Source: Firmicutes bacterium CAG:460
GTDB lineage: Bacteria > Bacillota_I > Bacilli_A > RF39 > UBA660
Length of the DNA stretch: 64,000 bases
Reading direction: 5' to 3'
Assembly (NCBI GenBank): GCA_000437355.1
Contig: FR899764.1
Span: forward strand, 24,884 to 88,883
Below are positions 63,463 through 64,000 of the stretch, piece by piece. Position 1 is the first letter of the stretch; every line of letters begins with the position of its first letter. A model generated the notes under the pieces. It saw only the letters and a list, made by a program, of their open reading frames with translations. It did no database searches and had not been told where the DNA came from. The position numbers and the translations under genes are program-made.

Positions 63463-63518
63463 AATATATGAAAAATACGGAAAAAGCGGAATTTGTGGAC
63501 GGAAACAGCACTAAAAAA

Positions 63519-63540
63519 AGCCCGAAAATATGGGCTTTTG
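63519..63540 (+). terminator. Bidirectional terminator between int and tRNA-Ala
   Basis: agccc-gaaaatat-gggct flanked by A7 and T4. Confidence 0.6.
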
Positions 63541-63549
63541 ACATCTTCA

Positions 63550-63563
63550 TGGTGGAGAATGTG
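63550..63563. repeat. Right att core (int/tRNA-proximal junction)
   Basis: TGGTGGAGAATGTG, identical to 36820-36833. Confidence 0.85.
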
Positions 63564-63626
63564 GGACTCGAACCCGCGACCCCCACGGTGCAAGCGTGGT
63601 GCTCTAGCCAACTGAGCTAATTCCCC
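63550..63626 (-). tRNA. tRNA-Ala (anticodon UGC)
   Basis: Hand-folded cloverleaf: acceptor GGGGAAU/AUUCUCC with the G3:U70 Ala identity pair, anticodon loop CUUGCAC, T-loop UUCGAGU, encoded CCA. The 3' 14 nt are the att core. Confidence 0.9.
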
Positions 63627-63668
63627 AGGAACAAAATTATTTTATCATACATCGATAAAATAATCAAG

Positions 63669-63878
63669 CTATTTTTGCGGTTCTTCAATAATTTTTATCA
63701 ATCCAGCTTCAACTTCTTCAAGCGCACGCCCTAAACTCTTCTTGTTTTTATAATCACATTCCTTCATTTGATAGTGATTATTTTCAAGCATTTGCTTACT
63801 TCTGATTGATGCTACATGAACCAATTTGTACTTAGAATCTACTATATTTAGTAGCTTATCTATTGATGGATATAACAT
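63669..63878 (-). CDS. rpoZ: DNA-directed RNA polymerase subunit omega
   Basis: MLYPSIDKLLNIVDSKYKLVHVASIRSKQM matches the RpoZ N-terminus. The track ORF has a 12-codon upstream extension. Confidence 0.85.
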   Translation of the reverse strand: MLYPSIDKLLNIVDSKYKLVHVASIRSKQMLENNHYQMKECDYKNKKSLGRALEEVEAGLIKIIEEPQK

Positions 63879-64000
63879 GATATACACTCCCTTTTCATTA
63901 CTTATAATACGCATTTTATAAAGTTATTGCAAGAAAATCATAAAAATTTGACACAAATTTGACACATTATTTTATTAACTTAAGACTTTTGCTGTAATTT

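Larger units (their letters stand above)
36820..63563. mobile_element. Integrated HK97-like siphovirus prophage (~26.7 kb) in tRNA-Ala
   Basis: The 14-bp direct repeat TGGTGGAGAATGTG occurs at 36820-36833 and 63550-63563, and the latter is the tRNA 3' end. Gene order runs lysis, RBP-like genes, tail, head, terminase, HNH, early genes, immunity, integrase. Confidence 0.9.

Noticed and set aside
63429-63620. Two ~60-aa ORFs on opposite strands (63429-63611 and 63432-63620)
   Set aside because: They cover the att arm, a terminator and the tRNA-Ala gene. They are artefacts of the locally GC-richer tRNA sequence.

Overview
This is a very AT-rich Bacillota chromosome segment from a spore-former, judging by the gene content (CotY/Z-like coat protein, YjcZ-like micro-ORFs, YlbD/YlbE-like genes). 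The species cannot be named from sequence alone.

Positions 1-36.8 kb are mostly minus-strand housekeeping genes:
- lepB fragment, rplS, rseP, cdsA
- two ABC-2 exporter pairs
- a xerC-like recombinase
- the divIB-murB-murG block
- rimM-trmD, mscL, parE-parC, prsA
- a rodA/ftsW-family gene
- tyrS with a T-box leader
- an rluA-family gene

This part also holds a few accessory loci:
- A pair of paralogous secreted proteins with TasA/camelysin-like signal peptides. One of them carries a locally GC-rich patch with foreign codon usage.
- A RhuM-Doc fusion.
- An orphan type IV pilin.

Positions 36,820-63,563 are a compact (~26.7 kb) HK97-type siphovirus prophage inserted in the 3' end of tRNA-Ala(UGC). 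It is bounded by a 14-bp duplicated core and has tandem arm-type repeats in both arms.

The most unusual signals are cis elements inside the prophage:
- A perfect 26-bp inverted repeat brackets the whole immunity module (cro-like gene, operators, cI-like gene, lipoprotein gene). Each copy sits upstream of int or of an xis-like gene.
- A 28-bp imperfect inverted repeat encloses an outward-facing promoter-like sequence, next to a second, minimal tyrosine recombinase.
- A (TTTG)7 tetranucleotide repeat lies at a near-consensus promoter, inside a small leader ORF that stops in the loop of a terminator hairpin. This sits just upstream of three tandem receptor-binding-protein-like genes.

No CRISPR array, rRNA gene, reverse transcriptase or recognisable known defence operon was seen.
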